A stretch of 22,098 bases of DNA. It comes from Syntrophus sp. (in: bacteria) (GTDB lineage Bacteria > Desulfobacterota > Syntrophorhabdia > Syntrophorhabdales > Syntrophorhabdaceae). The position numbers were made by a program, and so were the translations under genes. This document shows positions 7,358 to 15,475 of the stretch, in pieces; positions within the stretch are counted from its first letter, which is position 1; every line of letters starts with the position of its first letter. The stretch spans positions 1 through 22,098 of the forward strand of contig PNOM01000051.1 of NCBI GenBank assembly GCA_013824835.1, written 5' to 3'. The notes below the pieces were generated by a model. That model did not search any database. It worked only from the letters and a program-made list of their open reading frames with translations, and was not told the origin of the DNA.

Positions 7358-8875
7358 ATGGCAGGAATAATTCGATGCAGCAAAGGACATGAAAACATTG
7401 AGGGCGATAATTTCTGCAGATTTTGCGGAGAAAGGATAGGTGTCGTCGAGACACCGCCGCCTATTGCGGGCATGTTGTGGCAGAGAGGCGCCAATGATTT
7501 TGTTACGAGGATTGATACCGACGACCTGCAGGGAATCCTGAAAAAAGGCATAATCATTGAACAAAGCACAAAGGCGCTCCTTTTCATTAACGGTACTCTC
7601 GCTGAAACTCTGTATCCTGGAAAGTATGACCTCGGGGGCCTCACCGGCATACTCAGGCCTTTTGAACCGTTCAGGACTGTTACAGCCCTCCTTGTTGACT
7701 CGGGTGATATTGAGTTTCCCTTTACCGTAACTGACGTATACACAAATGATCCTCTGAAGATTGGTGTTAGTTGCAAGATTATCATACAGATTGAGAACCC
7801 TGTTGTATTTCTTAACAATGTAATGAAGGGGAGAAAAAATTATCTCATCGGCGAGATCAGGGGTGCCCTCTATGACGAGCTGCAGAATGCGCTCAATGAA
7901 ACGGTGGGTAAAAAATCGTTAATTGACCTTAACTGGGATCTGTCCTTAAAGCAACAGTTTGAGGTCCAGGTGGAAAACCATCTCAGGACAACCTTCCAGC
8001 GGATGGGGTTGAGTTTAATCCAACTCAGGACCATAGATTACCGTTTCCAGGCCTTTGACAAAATCAGGGGTGTCTATGAAGAAATCTATCTTCAAGTGAG
8101 TGAAGAGGAAGCCCTTCTTCAGAAGAGAAAGCGGTTGTTTGATCTCTATGACCACAATCAGATTCAGGGCATTATCGAAGACACGAAAGAGCTTGAATAC
8201 AGGGAACAAAGGCAGAAGGTATGGGCCAACATGAGGCGCCTTGTCAATTCTGACAAGATGGATGATGTTAAGTCTGCCGATGACCTTGAAGCCTTTATTC
8301 ATGAAATGGATAAAGGGAAAATACTGCGGGATGAAGAGGTAAAAGACCTTGCGAATACCTTTGCCCAGAGCGGCCTGAGAAGAGATTTTCTGTTAAGTAA
8401 AATGCAGCTTGAGCAGGGGCTTGAGGCCCAGAGGATTCAGATGCTGGGCGCGGCTGAAAACGATCTGGCAGAATGGGAAATCCGGGCCAGGAAAGAACGG
8501 GAAGAGCTGGACATGAGCCTTGAAGGTCTTGAACGGGTTAAAAAAATAAAAACCCAGGAAAAACGTGAAGAAACGGATATTGAAATCGAAAGAGTGGGGC
8601 GTCTTACCCAATTGGGCGTTGAGGCGTTAATTCACGCCTCAGGTGTGGAGCAGGCGCAGATATTGGCAGACCTCAAGAAGACTGAAATATTAAAAGACCT
8701 GCCTGATGAAAAGATACTTGCCCTGGGGGCAAAGGATTCACCTGAGCTTGCGAAGGCCTTTCAGGAGAAATTCAGAGGGTTTTCATCGGATCTCCAGAAG
8801 AAAATGTATGAGGAGATGATGGAACAAAAAGATCAGTCCATGCGAATATTGCTGGAGATGTTTAATAAGAGATAA
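7358..8875 (+). CDS. SPFH/band-7 (flotillin-like) protein with an N-terminal zinc ribbon and a C-terminal coiled coil
   Basis: CSKGHENIEGDNFCRFCG is a zinc ribbon. The SPFH core is present (IIIEQSTKALLFINGTLAETLYPGKYDL ... TVTDVYTNDPLKIGVSCKIIIQIENPVVFLNNV). A long charged helical C-terminus resembles flotillin. SD AAAGGGGG lies 6 nt upstream of ATG 7358; the alternative ATG is at 7340. Confidence 0.75.
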   Translation: MAGIIRCSKGHENIEGDNFCRFCGERIGVVETPPPIAGMLWQRGANDFVTRIDTDDLQGILKKGIIIEQSTKALLFINGTLAETLYPGKYDLGGLTGILRPFEPFRTVTALLVDSGDIEFPFTVTDVYTNDPLKIGVSCKIIIQIENPVVFLNNVMKGRKNYLIGEIRGALYDELQNALNETVGKKSLIDLNWDLSLKQQFEVQVENHLRTTFQRMGLSLIQLRTIDYRFQAFDKIRGVYEEIYLQVSEEEALLQKRKRLFDLYDHNQIQGIIEDTKELEYREQRQKVWANMRRLVNSDKMDDVKSADDLEAFIHEMDKGKILRDEEVKDLANTFAQSGLRRDFLLSKMQLEQGLEAQRIQMLGAAENDLAEWEIRARKEREELDMSLEGLERVKKIKTQEKREETDIEIERVGRLTQLGVEALIHASGVEQAQILADLKKTEILKDLPDEKILALGAKDSPELAKAFQEKFRGFSSDLQKKMYEEMMEQKDQSMRILLEMFNKR

Positions 8876-8906
8876 ATATCAATATCAATCAGCAGGATAG
8901 GATATC

Positions 8907-8931
8907 GAGCCGTAAAATCGGCTCTTCAACC
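8907..8931 (+). terminator. Weak hairpin after the SPFH gene
   Basis: GAGCCG-taaaat-CGGCTC followed by TTCAACC. The T-tract is poor, so it is only a candidate. Confidence 0.25.
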
Positions 8932-9092
8932 TTGGTTGCCCCGCGGTAAGACACGGGGTAGTTCATTTTAGGTTTGTTTTGGCCATCCGGCAGCTGTTTT
9001 TATTCTAATGGTGTGCTAAGGTATAGAGAGGAAGAATGGAGGTCAACACAGCGCAATTTTTTTGTATAAATGATATTCACAGAGGATGACGG

Positions 9093-12000
9093 ATGGTCTG
9101 CACAAAATGTGGTAATAACAACACCGATGATGCGGTCTTTTGTGTAAGCTGCGGGGCAAATCTTACTGATCAGACCCCATCTCAAAAAAGGCCTGACAGC
9201 GGTTTTTCCCAGGACATTGACACTGCACCCGGAGACCCCTCTTCCCATGACAACCTCGACCGTCTCGCCCACACCTCTATAAAGGATAACCATGATGCCC
9301 GCGGTTCCGGAGGGGCCCGCATCCCTGCAAGAGAAGAGGGTCTTTTCTTTTCTGTAGGCTCCTTTTTTGCTTCCCGGTACGAGATTCTCTCAGAAGGGAA
9401 AAAGGGCGGCATGGGTGTTGTTTATAAGGTAAAAGATGCCAAGCTTAACAAAATAAAGGCTTTGAAGGTTATCCATCCGAGGCTCTTATCCTCCCCCCAG
9501 GCCCTGTCACGATTCAGGCAGGAAGTCTCCTTATCCCAGGATCTCCACCACCTCAATATTGTAAGTGTCTATGATCTTGATGAATACCATGGAAGAGAGT
9601 TTTTCACCATGGAGTGGATAGAAGGACCATCCTTAAGGGAACTCCTCGCAGAGAGGAGGAAGGAACATAAGCCTTTCACCCTGGAGGAAGCCTGTGCCAT
9701 CATTTCCCAGCTTTCCGATGCCCTCTCTTATGCCCATCAATACACCATCCATCGGGATATTAAACCGGAGAATATATTAGTACAGAGGTCAGCAACCAGC
9801 AATCAGAAAACAAGAGAGACCATCCCCACCATTCCCCCTTTCGCAAAGGGGGAATTTATCCTCAAATTAACCGACTTTGGCATTGCCAAGATGCTCTCCC
9901 CGGCAGAGCTCATTACCACATCCCTTCAGATGGGTACTCCCTACTACATGGCGCCGGAGCAGAAGCTTGATGCTGCACATGTTGACCATAGAGCTGATAT
10001 CTATGCAGCAGGGGTAGTGTTCTTTGAACTTCTTACCTTAGAGAACACCATAGGGCCTGATCTTCCCAGTGAACTCAATTGTGCTGTCCCAAAAGAAGTA
10101 GATGGCATCTACCGGAAAGCGGTTGCGACAAAACCGGAGAACCGATGGGGAGAGGTAAGGGAACTATCTCAAGCCCTCCACACCATAATTATCGCGGAGA
10201 GGAGAAAGAGTGAGGAGGGGGTATGGAAGGAGGGATGGCATAGGAAAACCGATGCCAAAGAGAGAACAGGAAAAGAGACGGGAGAGGTTGGAAGGAAGAC
10301 GATTGAGAATGAATGTCTCACGGTGGAAACTGAAGAGACAGAGTTGAGAAGGTTGGGGGAAGAGAGACTTCGCACAGAAAACAAAGAGAAAAAAAGAGCG
10401 GAAGAAGAGAAGAATAGAATCGAAGAGGAGGGACTGCGCAAGGAAACAGAGGAAAGGAGGCGGAAAGAAGAGGAAAAGCGCCTCCTGAGGGAACAGGAGG
10501 AGGCTGAAAAACAGATTCTGACGGATGAACTCAAGGGACAGAAAGAAAGATCAAGAAAGCGATCAAGGATTATTCTTATTAGTTTCTGCATCTTTGGGGC
10601 AATGGTGCTCCTTGCGTCGGCTATCGGATATGTCTCCTACCGCCACGCACAGCAGCAGGTTGTCCTAACCCGGCAGCTTGAAAAAGAGAAAAGGGAAAAA
10701 GAACAATTAACAGAAAGGCAGAAGGCGATAGAAGCAAAACAGCAGGCAGACCTGCAGAGGCTGGAAGAACAAAGGAAACATGAAGATCGAAAAATATATG
10801 TTGATGAGAAAAAACAGGAAGGCCGGATAAAACAAGGGCAGTTGCTTCTTCGGAAGGCTCGGGCTTCTATAAAAAAGGGAAACCTCTCAGATGCACGAAG
10901 TTATCTCGAAGAGGCAAAGGGGTTTATTCCGGATGATAAGAATGTTGTAAGTATGGCCAATATCATTGAGAATGAAGAGAAAAAACAGAAAGTTGCTGTA
11001 GACAGGCAGCGCCAGTATGAGGAGGAAAAACGGGCAGAAGAACAAAAACGGGCAGAAGAACAAAAACGGGCAGAAGAACAAAAAAGAAAAGAAGCAGAAG
11101 AAAAAAGGGTTGCTGAAGAACAAAGGCTTGCAAGAGAGCGAAAGATTGCAGAGGAACAAAAAGTTGCAAGGGAACGAAAGGCAGAGGAGGAACGAAGGCT
11201 TGCAGAACAGAAAAGACAGAAGGAAGAACAAAGGCTTGCAAGAGAGCGAAAGGCGGCGGAAGAGCTTGCCGAAAAACAGAGAGCTGCTGAAGCTAAATGG
11301 CAGGGGGGTATAATAAAACTGAATTACACTAATTTTTTCCCGGCTACACACCTTCAAAGCATCACTGCAGAGAAATGGTGCCGGGAAATAGAGAAAAAGA
11401 CCCGTAACAGGATTAAATTTGCCTATTATCCGGGAGGCGCCCTTACGCCGCCGCCTCAAACCTATGATGCCGTTGTGAAGGGTACTGCCGACATTGGAAT
11501 GAGTGTTTTTGCCTATACAAAAGGAAGATTCCCCCTCACGGAAGTTATTGATCTGCCCCTTGGTTATCGGAGCGGTCTTGTGGCAACAAGGCTGATAAAT
11601 GAATACTACAAAAGGTTTCGACCCAATGAGCTTGGTGATGTTAAAGTGCTTTATCTCCATGCTCATGGTCCGGGAATATTGCATACAAAGAGCCCTGTAT
11701 ACAGGCTTGAAGACTTGAGTGGCATGAAAATAAGAGCTACAGGACCGGCAGCAAAAATTGCGCCCGCCCTTGGGGCTGCGCCTGTGGCCATATCGATGCC
11801 GGAGGCATATGACGCCCTCCGCACCGGTGTTGCAGAGGGGGCTTTTGTTCCCATTGAGGCCCTCCTGGGCTGGAAATGGGGTGAAGTTATAAATTCGACA
11901 ACCCAATGTTTCGGCGTTGCATATTCAATCGGCATGTTTGTTGTGATGAATAAAACAAAGTGGAATTCCCTTCCCCCGGATATTCAAAGGATTTTTGAAC

Positions 12001-12245
12001 AGGTCAGCGCCGAATGGATAGAAGTTCAGGGCAGGGCATGGGATGAAATAGACAAAAAGGGGAGAGAATTTACTTTAAGAAGGGGTAATAAACTTATTCC
12101 CTTATCTCAAGAGGAAGATGCACGATGGACTGCAAGAGTACGGCCACTCCTTGATGAATATGTAAGAAATACAAGATCAAAGGGGCTTCCTGGAGATGAA
12201 GCATTGAAATTCTGCCTTGATTACCTTGCCAGGCATAAGAGATGA
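9093..12245 (+). CDS. Ser/Thr protein kinase with an N-terminal zinc ribbon, one TM segment, a KE-rich helical stalk and a C-terminal DctP/TRAP-type solute-binding domain
   Basis: The zinc ribbon is CTKCGNNNTDDAVFCVSCG. Kinase motifs are GKKGGMGVVYKV, ALKVI, HRDIKPENILV, DFGIAK and PYYMAPE. The TM helix is IILISFCIFGAMVLLASAIGYV (about nt 10566-10635). KE-rich repeats include EEQKRAEEQKRAEEQKR. The C-terminal domain resembles DctP (IKLNYTNFFPATHLQS...KFAYYPGGAL...DAVVKGTADIGMSVFAYTKGRFPLTEVIDLPLGY ... ALRTGVAEGAFVPIEALLGWKWGEV). Confidence 0.85.
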   Translation: MVCTKCGNNNTDDAVFCVSCGANLTDQTPSQKRPDSGFSQDIDTAPGDPSSHDNLDRLAHTSIKDNHDARGSGGARIPAREEGLFFSVGSFFASRYEILSEGKKGGMGVVYKVKDAKLNKIKALKVIHPRLLSSPQALSRFRQEVSLSQDLHHLNIVSVYDLDEYHGREFFTMEWIEGPSLRELLAERRKEHKPFTLEEACAIISQLSDALSYAHQYTIHRDIKPENILVQRSATSNQKTRETIPTIPPFAKGEFILKLTDFGIAKMLSPAELITTSLQMGTPYYMAPEQKLDAAHVDHRADIYAAGVVFFELLTLENTIGPDLPSELNCAVPKEVDGIYRKAVATKPENRWGEVRELSQALHTIIIAERRKSEEGVWKEGWHRKTDAKERTGKETGEVGRKTIENECLTVETEETELRRLGEERLRTENKEKKRAEEEKNRIEEEGLRKETEERRRKEEEKRLLREQEEAEKQILTDELKGQKERSRKRSRIILISFCIFGAMVLLASAIGYVSYRHAQQQVVLTRQLEKEKREKEQLTERQKAIEAKQQADLQRLEEQRKHEDRKIYVDEKKQEGRIKQGQLLLRKARASIKKGNLSDARSYLEEAKGFIPDDKNVVSMANIIENEEKKQKVAVDRQRQYEEEKRAEEQKRAEEQKRAEEQKRKEAEEKRVAEEQRLARERKIAEEQKVARERKAEEERRLAEQKRQKEEQRLARERKAAEELAEKQRAAEAKWQGGIIKLNYTNFFPATHLQSITAEKWCREIEKKTRNRIKFAYYPGGALTPPPQTYDAVVKGTADIGMSVFAYTKGRFPLTEVIDLPLGYRSGLVATRLINEYYKRFRPNELGDVKVLYLHAHGPGILHTKSPVYRLEDLSGMKIRATGPAAKIAPALGAAPVAISMPEAYDALRTGVAEGAFVPIEALLGWKWGEVINSTTQCFGVAYSIGMFVVMNKTKWNSLPPDIQRIFEQVSAEWIEVQGRAWDEIDKKGREFTLRRGNKLIPLSQEEDARWTARVRPLLDEYVRNTRSKGLPGDEALKFCLDYLARHKR
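11041..11094 (+). repeat. Perfect 3 x 18 bp in-frame tandem repeat (ACGGGCAGAAGAACAAAA, encoding RAEEQK) inside the kinase stalk
   Basis: Three identical 18 bp units are seen directly. Degenerate 36 bp repeats of about 180 bp follow (11095-11275) and encode (AEEQRLARERK)n. TTGCAAGAGAGCGAAAG occurs twice. Confidence 0.9.
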
Positions 12246-13492
12246 TGGATAAAGAAGCCGAAACCAACATCATGGCAGATCACCTTAAGACCGGGGAATG
12301 TTCTGCTGAAACCATCCAGAAGCAGATGCCCGTCATCGTCTCAGACCTTTCTGCCCTTTACGAAATCATACGGTCCAATCCGGATATAAAAGCCCGGAAA
12401 GATGCTGCAACCCATCTGCTCGGCCTTGTTGATACATATGAAGATATTGATGTGGATATGATAACAGAGGTCTACAGATCTGAGAGAGAGATTGCGGTTG
12501 CCACGGTATTGAAAAGGGTTTTGAACAAATTACAGATCAAGCAGATCCTTACCCATGACCCGACCGAGGGGTATGATCCGAGGCTTTCCCCTGAAGAAGA
12601 GTTAAAAATAAACGAAGAGATCAAAAGACTCAAAAGGCTTTATGATACGTCGAAGAAGGAAGAAGGCTCCTTTGACCGGAAATACAGCATTGTTCAGCAT
12701 ATTGATCAGGGAGGGATGGCTAAGATTTATAAAGGGATAAAGCTTGATGACAATCAGCCCGTTGCTATAAAGTTCCTCCTCCTTGAAGAACTTTCTCACC
12801 ATATTAATCCGGAAAGACTGATTGCACGGTTCAGGAGGGAAGGCGAGCTTCTGACAAAAAGGCTGAAGCATCCTAACATTATTAAGGCATTCGAATACGG
12901 TGAAGCTGATAAGGAATATTATATTGTCCTGGAGTATGTTGAAGGGGAAACCCTTGAAGGCATGATTAAACAAAAGCCCCTTGATCTCGATAATTTTAAA
13001 AAGGTTGCCCTGCAGATCCTTGATGCCGTCGAATATATCCACGGAAATGACGTGATACACAGGGACATAAAACCGGGGAATATACTTGTTGAACGGTCAG
13101 CGGTCAGCGGTCAAACATTAGAGGAAGCCCGTTGGTGTACAATCAAACTTGCCGATTTTGGGCTCGCGAAGGACAAATATGATAAGAAGCTTTCAAAGCT
13201 TTTCTTTCAGGGAGGGACCGACCTCTATTCATCCCCCCAGCAGTTGAGGGATACGCGGGATGTTGATGAAAGAGATGATATCTTCTCCGTGGGCAAGACA
13301 TTATACGAGATGCTCACAGGAAAGACCTTTACCAATGATGAGTCGTACATGCCTATGGTCCTGGAAAACGACCTCCTTTCCCAAGAGGTCAACACTGTTA
13401 TCCGGAAGTGTCTTAGTCATGAACGGCAGGACAGGTATCGGAATATACATGAATTGAGGAGCGCCTTGCTGGGCGCCCTTCGGGCAGCATAA
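12242..13492 (+). CDS. Ser/Thr protein kinase paralog (cytoplasmic, N-terminal domain of about 130 aa of unknown function)
   Basis: ATGA overlap with the upstream kinase gene. Kinase motifs are DQGGMAKIYKG, VAIKFLL, HRDIKPGNILV and DFGLAK. It shares an unusual RSA(T/V)S insertion between the catalytic loop and DFG with the upstream kinase. The APE motif is replaced by SPQ. Confidence 0.85.
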   Translation: MMDKEAETNIMADHLKTGECSAETIQKQMPVIVSDLSALYEIIRSNPDIKARKDAATHLLGLVDTYEDIDVDMITEVYRSEREIAVATVLKRVLNKLQIKQILTHDPTEGYDPRLSPEEELKINEEIKRLKRLYDTSKKEEGSFDRKYSIVQHIDQGGMAKIYKGIKLDDNQPVAIKFLLLEELSHHINPERLIARFRREGELLTKRLKHPNIIKAFEYGEADKEYYIVLEYVEGETLEGMIKQKPLDLDNFKKVALQILDAVEYIHGNDVIHRDIKPGNILVERSAVSGQTLEEARWCTIKLADFGLAKDKYDKKLSKLFFQGGTDLYSSPQQLRDTRDVDERDDIFSVGKTLYEMLTGKTFTNDESYMPMVLENDLLSQEVNTVIRKCLSHERQDRYRNIHELRSALLGALRAA

Positions 13493-13527
13493 AAACTGGT
13501 TCCAATTAATTAAAAGATAGAGCAAAC

Positions 13528-14301
13528 ATGGACGAGAAGAAACGTATTTATATAAAGGTGGATTCCATCATTAAAGAGGACGGCAAATCCTCCTATATCG
13601 GCGAGGATGATTATGTGAGCCTTACAAAAGATGGAATTATCATCCATTTCCATATTAAAAATCCTTCCATCCATATGGAGAATGTCTTGAGGACAGTAAA
13701 ACGGGCCCAGAAGATCGTAAGGGACCGCCTTGACTATGAACTCGAAAATATTGATATCAGTATTTACGGGTCAAAAGAGGAACTCAGACAGGAAGGCAGG
13801 TCAAGGAGTGTATATGCTTCATGGATAGCGGGAATATTTGATGGAAAAATCAGGATTATTGCTGATGGAGGGGAAGAAGATCCGGAAGCGCTCTATATTG
13901 TCCTGACTCACGAGATTATTCATCTTGCAGTATTTCATATAGGCCAGGGGCAATGCCCTTACTGGATGGAAGAGGGAGTGGCTGTGTATCTTTCCCAGGA
14001 GCTCCCGGACCAATACCTCCATGCACTGAAAAAGGCGATTAAGTCCGATAGAATACTGCCCCTTGATGCCCTGAAAACCCCCCTCCCCGTTGATGTTGAC
14101 CTGGACATACGTCAGCTTCTCTACTCGGAAACATCCAGCATCGTCGAGTACCTTGTGGAATCCTACGGCTGGGATGCAGTCAAGTCCATAATCCGGCAAT
14201 GCAGACAGGTGAAATTCAGCGAACTGTTAGCCGGCCTGAGTCTCAATCACTATCTTTTAGAACAGGGGTGGAAAAGGTGGTACAGGAATAAAAATGCATA
14301 A
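13528..14301 (+). CDS. Peptidase_MA-like (gluzincin-type HExxH...E) domain protein
   Basis: THEIIHLAVFH (HExxH) is followed by WMEEGVAVYL, with the third-ligand Glu in an EGxAxY context as in the Peptidase_MA_2 family. No signal peptide is visible. Confidence 0.6.
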   Translation: MDEKKRIYIKVDSIIKEDGKSSYIGEDDYVSLTKDGIIIHFHIKNPSIHMENVLRTVKRAQKIVRDRLDYELENIDISIYGSKEELRQEGRSRSVYASWIAGIFDGKIRIIADGGEEDPEALYIVLTHEIIHLAVFHIGQGQCPYWMEEGVAVYLSQELPDQYLHALKKAIKSDRILPLDALKTPLPVDVDLDIRQLLYSETSSIVEYLVESYGWDAVKSIIRQCRQVKFSELLAGLSLNHYLLEQGWKRWYRNKNA

Positions 14302-14336
14302 AATTCCCTTCAAAATAGTCCTAATAGGAGCGGGCA

Positions 14337-14930
14337 ATGATAGATTTTAAATCTATTACAGATGAAGACCTTTACGGGATGTGTGCTTCGGGAGACGAAG
14401 GAGCCTGGAGATATTTGTATAACTATATACTGAAGATATGCGAATGGAGCAGGATTGATGATCCTGAAGATATGGCGAGCACCGTAACCCTGGAACTCAT
14501 AGAAAGGGCCCTGAAAAAGGTCAGGCATAAAGACAAATTCAGGAGTTTTGTAAAGGTGATGACGAAAAACAGGATCATTGACAGTTTCAAGTCCTCCTCA
14601 AAGAAAGAAATACCTATGAGCAGCTTTATAAAAGATGATGACGAGGATGGGGTAACCCCGGAGATAGGACGCCAGGAGCCTGATCAGATAGAAAGCCTTT
14701 TTCGAACCGAGATTGCTGCTATAGTAGACGCAGCCATAGAGAAGCTCCCGATAAGGTGCCGGAATATTATCCGGGAATATTTGAATTTCAAAAAGGGGCT
14801 CTATGACAATTACGAGGAGCTGAGCAGGGTGCTTGAAATGCCGGTCCCGACCATATCTTCCAGTGTCAGCAGATGCATGAAGATATTGGTTAATTATAAA
14901 GAAATCAAGACATTAAAAACGTTTGCATAA
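14337..14930 (+). CDS. Divergent ECF-like sigma factor
   Basis: Weak region 2 (FRSFVKVMTKNRIIDSFKS) and region 4 (LPIRCRNIIREYLNFKKGLYDNYEELSRVLEMPVPTISSSVSRCMKIL) similarity. It is followed by a zf-HC2 ORF. Confidence 0.5.
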   Translation: MIDFKSITDEDLYGMCASGDEGAWRYLYNYILKICEWSRIDDPEDMASTVTLELIERALKKVRHKDKFRSFVKVMTKNRIIDSFKSSSKKEIPMSSFIKDDDEDGVTPEIGRQEPDQIESLFRTEIAAIVDAAIEKLPIRCRNIIREYLNFKKGLYDNYEELSRVLEMPVPTISSSVSRCMKILVNYKEIKTLKTFA

Positions 14931-14942
14931 AGGGAGGCTGCC

Positions 14943-15386
14943 ATGAAATGCAATGAGATCAATTTTATCGAATATATAGAAGGCAGAGCCTCGGAAAAGA
15001 CTGAGGCCCATATAAAGGAGTGCAGGAAATGTCAGAAAGAATCTGTTAAGTTTTCCAGGTTTGTTAATCTTATTACCCCGATGTGGGCAGCGGGCAGGGC
15101 GCTTGAAGCAGAGCTTGACAGGGACCTCCAGTCAATGGATCCAAGAAAGATGAAATATCTTCCCGATACTATTTCTAAAAAGGTAACAGAGCTAAGGGAA
15201 AGAAGCATTGTCGGGAAACTCAAAAGGGTACTCGGCAGAGGGAAGGAAAATGCCCAGGAGCTTATTGATGGTATTATGAGCCCCCGGGCCCACGCAGTAC
15301 CGGCCAGTCCCGCTGATCTCACAAAAACCGGGAAACCAAAGGGGAAGAAGGCGCCTATCCGGAAGAAAGGTCCTGAAAGCAAGTAA
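14943..15386 (+). CDS. Putative cytoplasmic anti-sigma factor (zf-HC2-like) with a basic C-terminal tail
   Basis: HIKECRKCQ is an Hx3Cx2C motif near the N-terminus, and the gene sits immediately downstream of the sigma-like gene. There is no TM segment. The C-terminus is KPKGKKAPIRKKGPESK. Confidence 0.45.
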   Translation: MKCNEINFIEYIEGRASEKTEAHIKECRKCQKESVKFSRFVNLITPMWAAGRALEAELDRDLQSMDPRKMKYLPDTISKKVTELRERSIVGKLKRVLGRGKENAQELIDGIMSPRAHAVPASPADLTKTGKPKGKKAPIRKKGPESK

Positions 15387-15437
15387 ATCCTCTTTTCTTG
15401 GCAGCCTTTTCTGCATAAACTTCTTATCCTCCTCCGT

Positions 15438-15470
15438 CCTTAATAGCATCGCCACACTATTAAGGAGGGG
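15438..15470 (+). promoter_or_regulatory. Hairpin that can sequester the SD of the downstream small membrane protein gene
   Basis: CCTTAATAG (15438-15446) pairs with CTATTAAGG (15457-15465). The second arm overlaps the SD AAGGAGGGG (15462-15470), which lies 5 nt before ATG 15476. Confidence 0.35.
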
Positions 15471-15475
15471 ATGTC

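Noticed and set aside
11041-11275. Tandem repeats considered as a CRISPR array
   Set aside because: The units are 18 and 36 bp with no spacers, are in-frame within a long coding sequence, and encode a KE-rich helix. This is not a repeat-spacer architecture.
10887-11906. 339 aa minus-strand ORF, plus the smaller ORFs at 10963-11241 (-) and 11017-11313 (+)
   Set aside because: These are low-complexity F/L/S- or K/N/Q-rich translations, generated by reading the KE-repeat stalk region of the kinase gene in other frames. The sense frame has clear kinase and DctP motifs.
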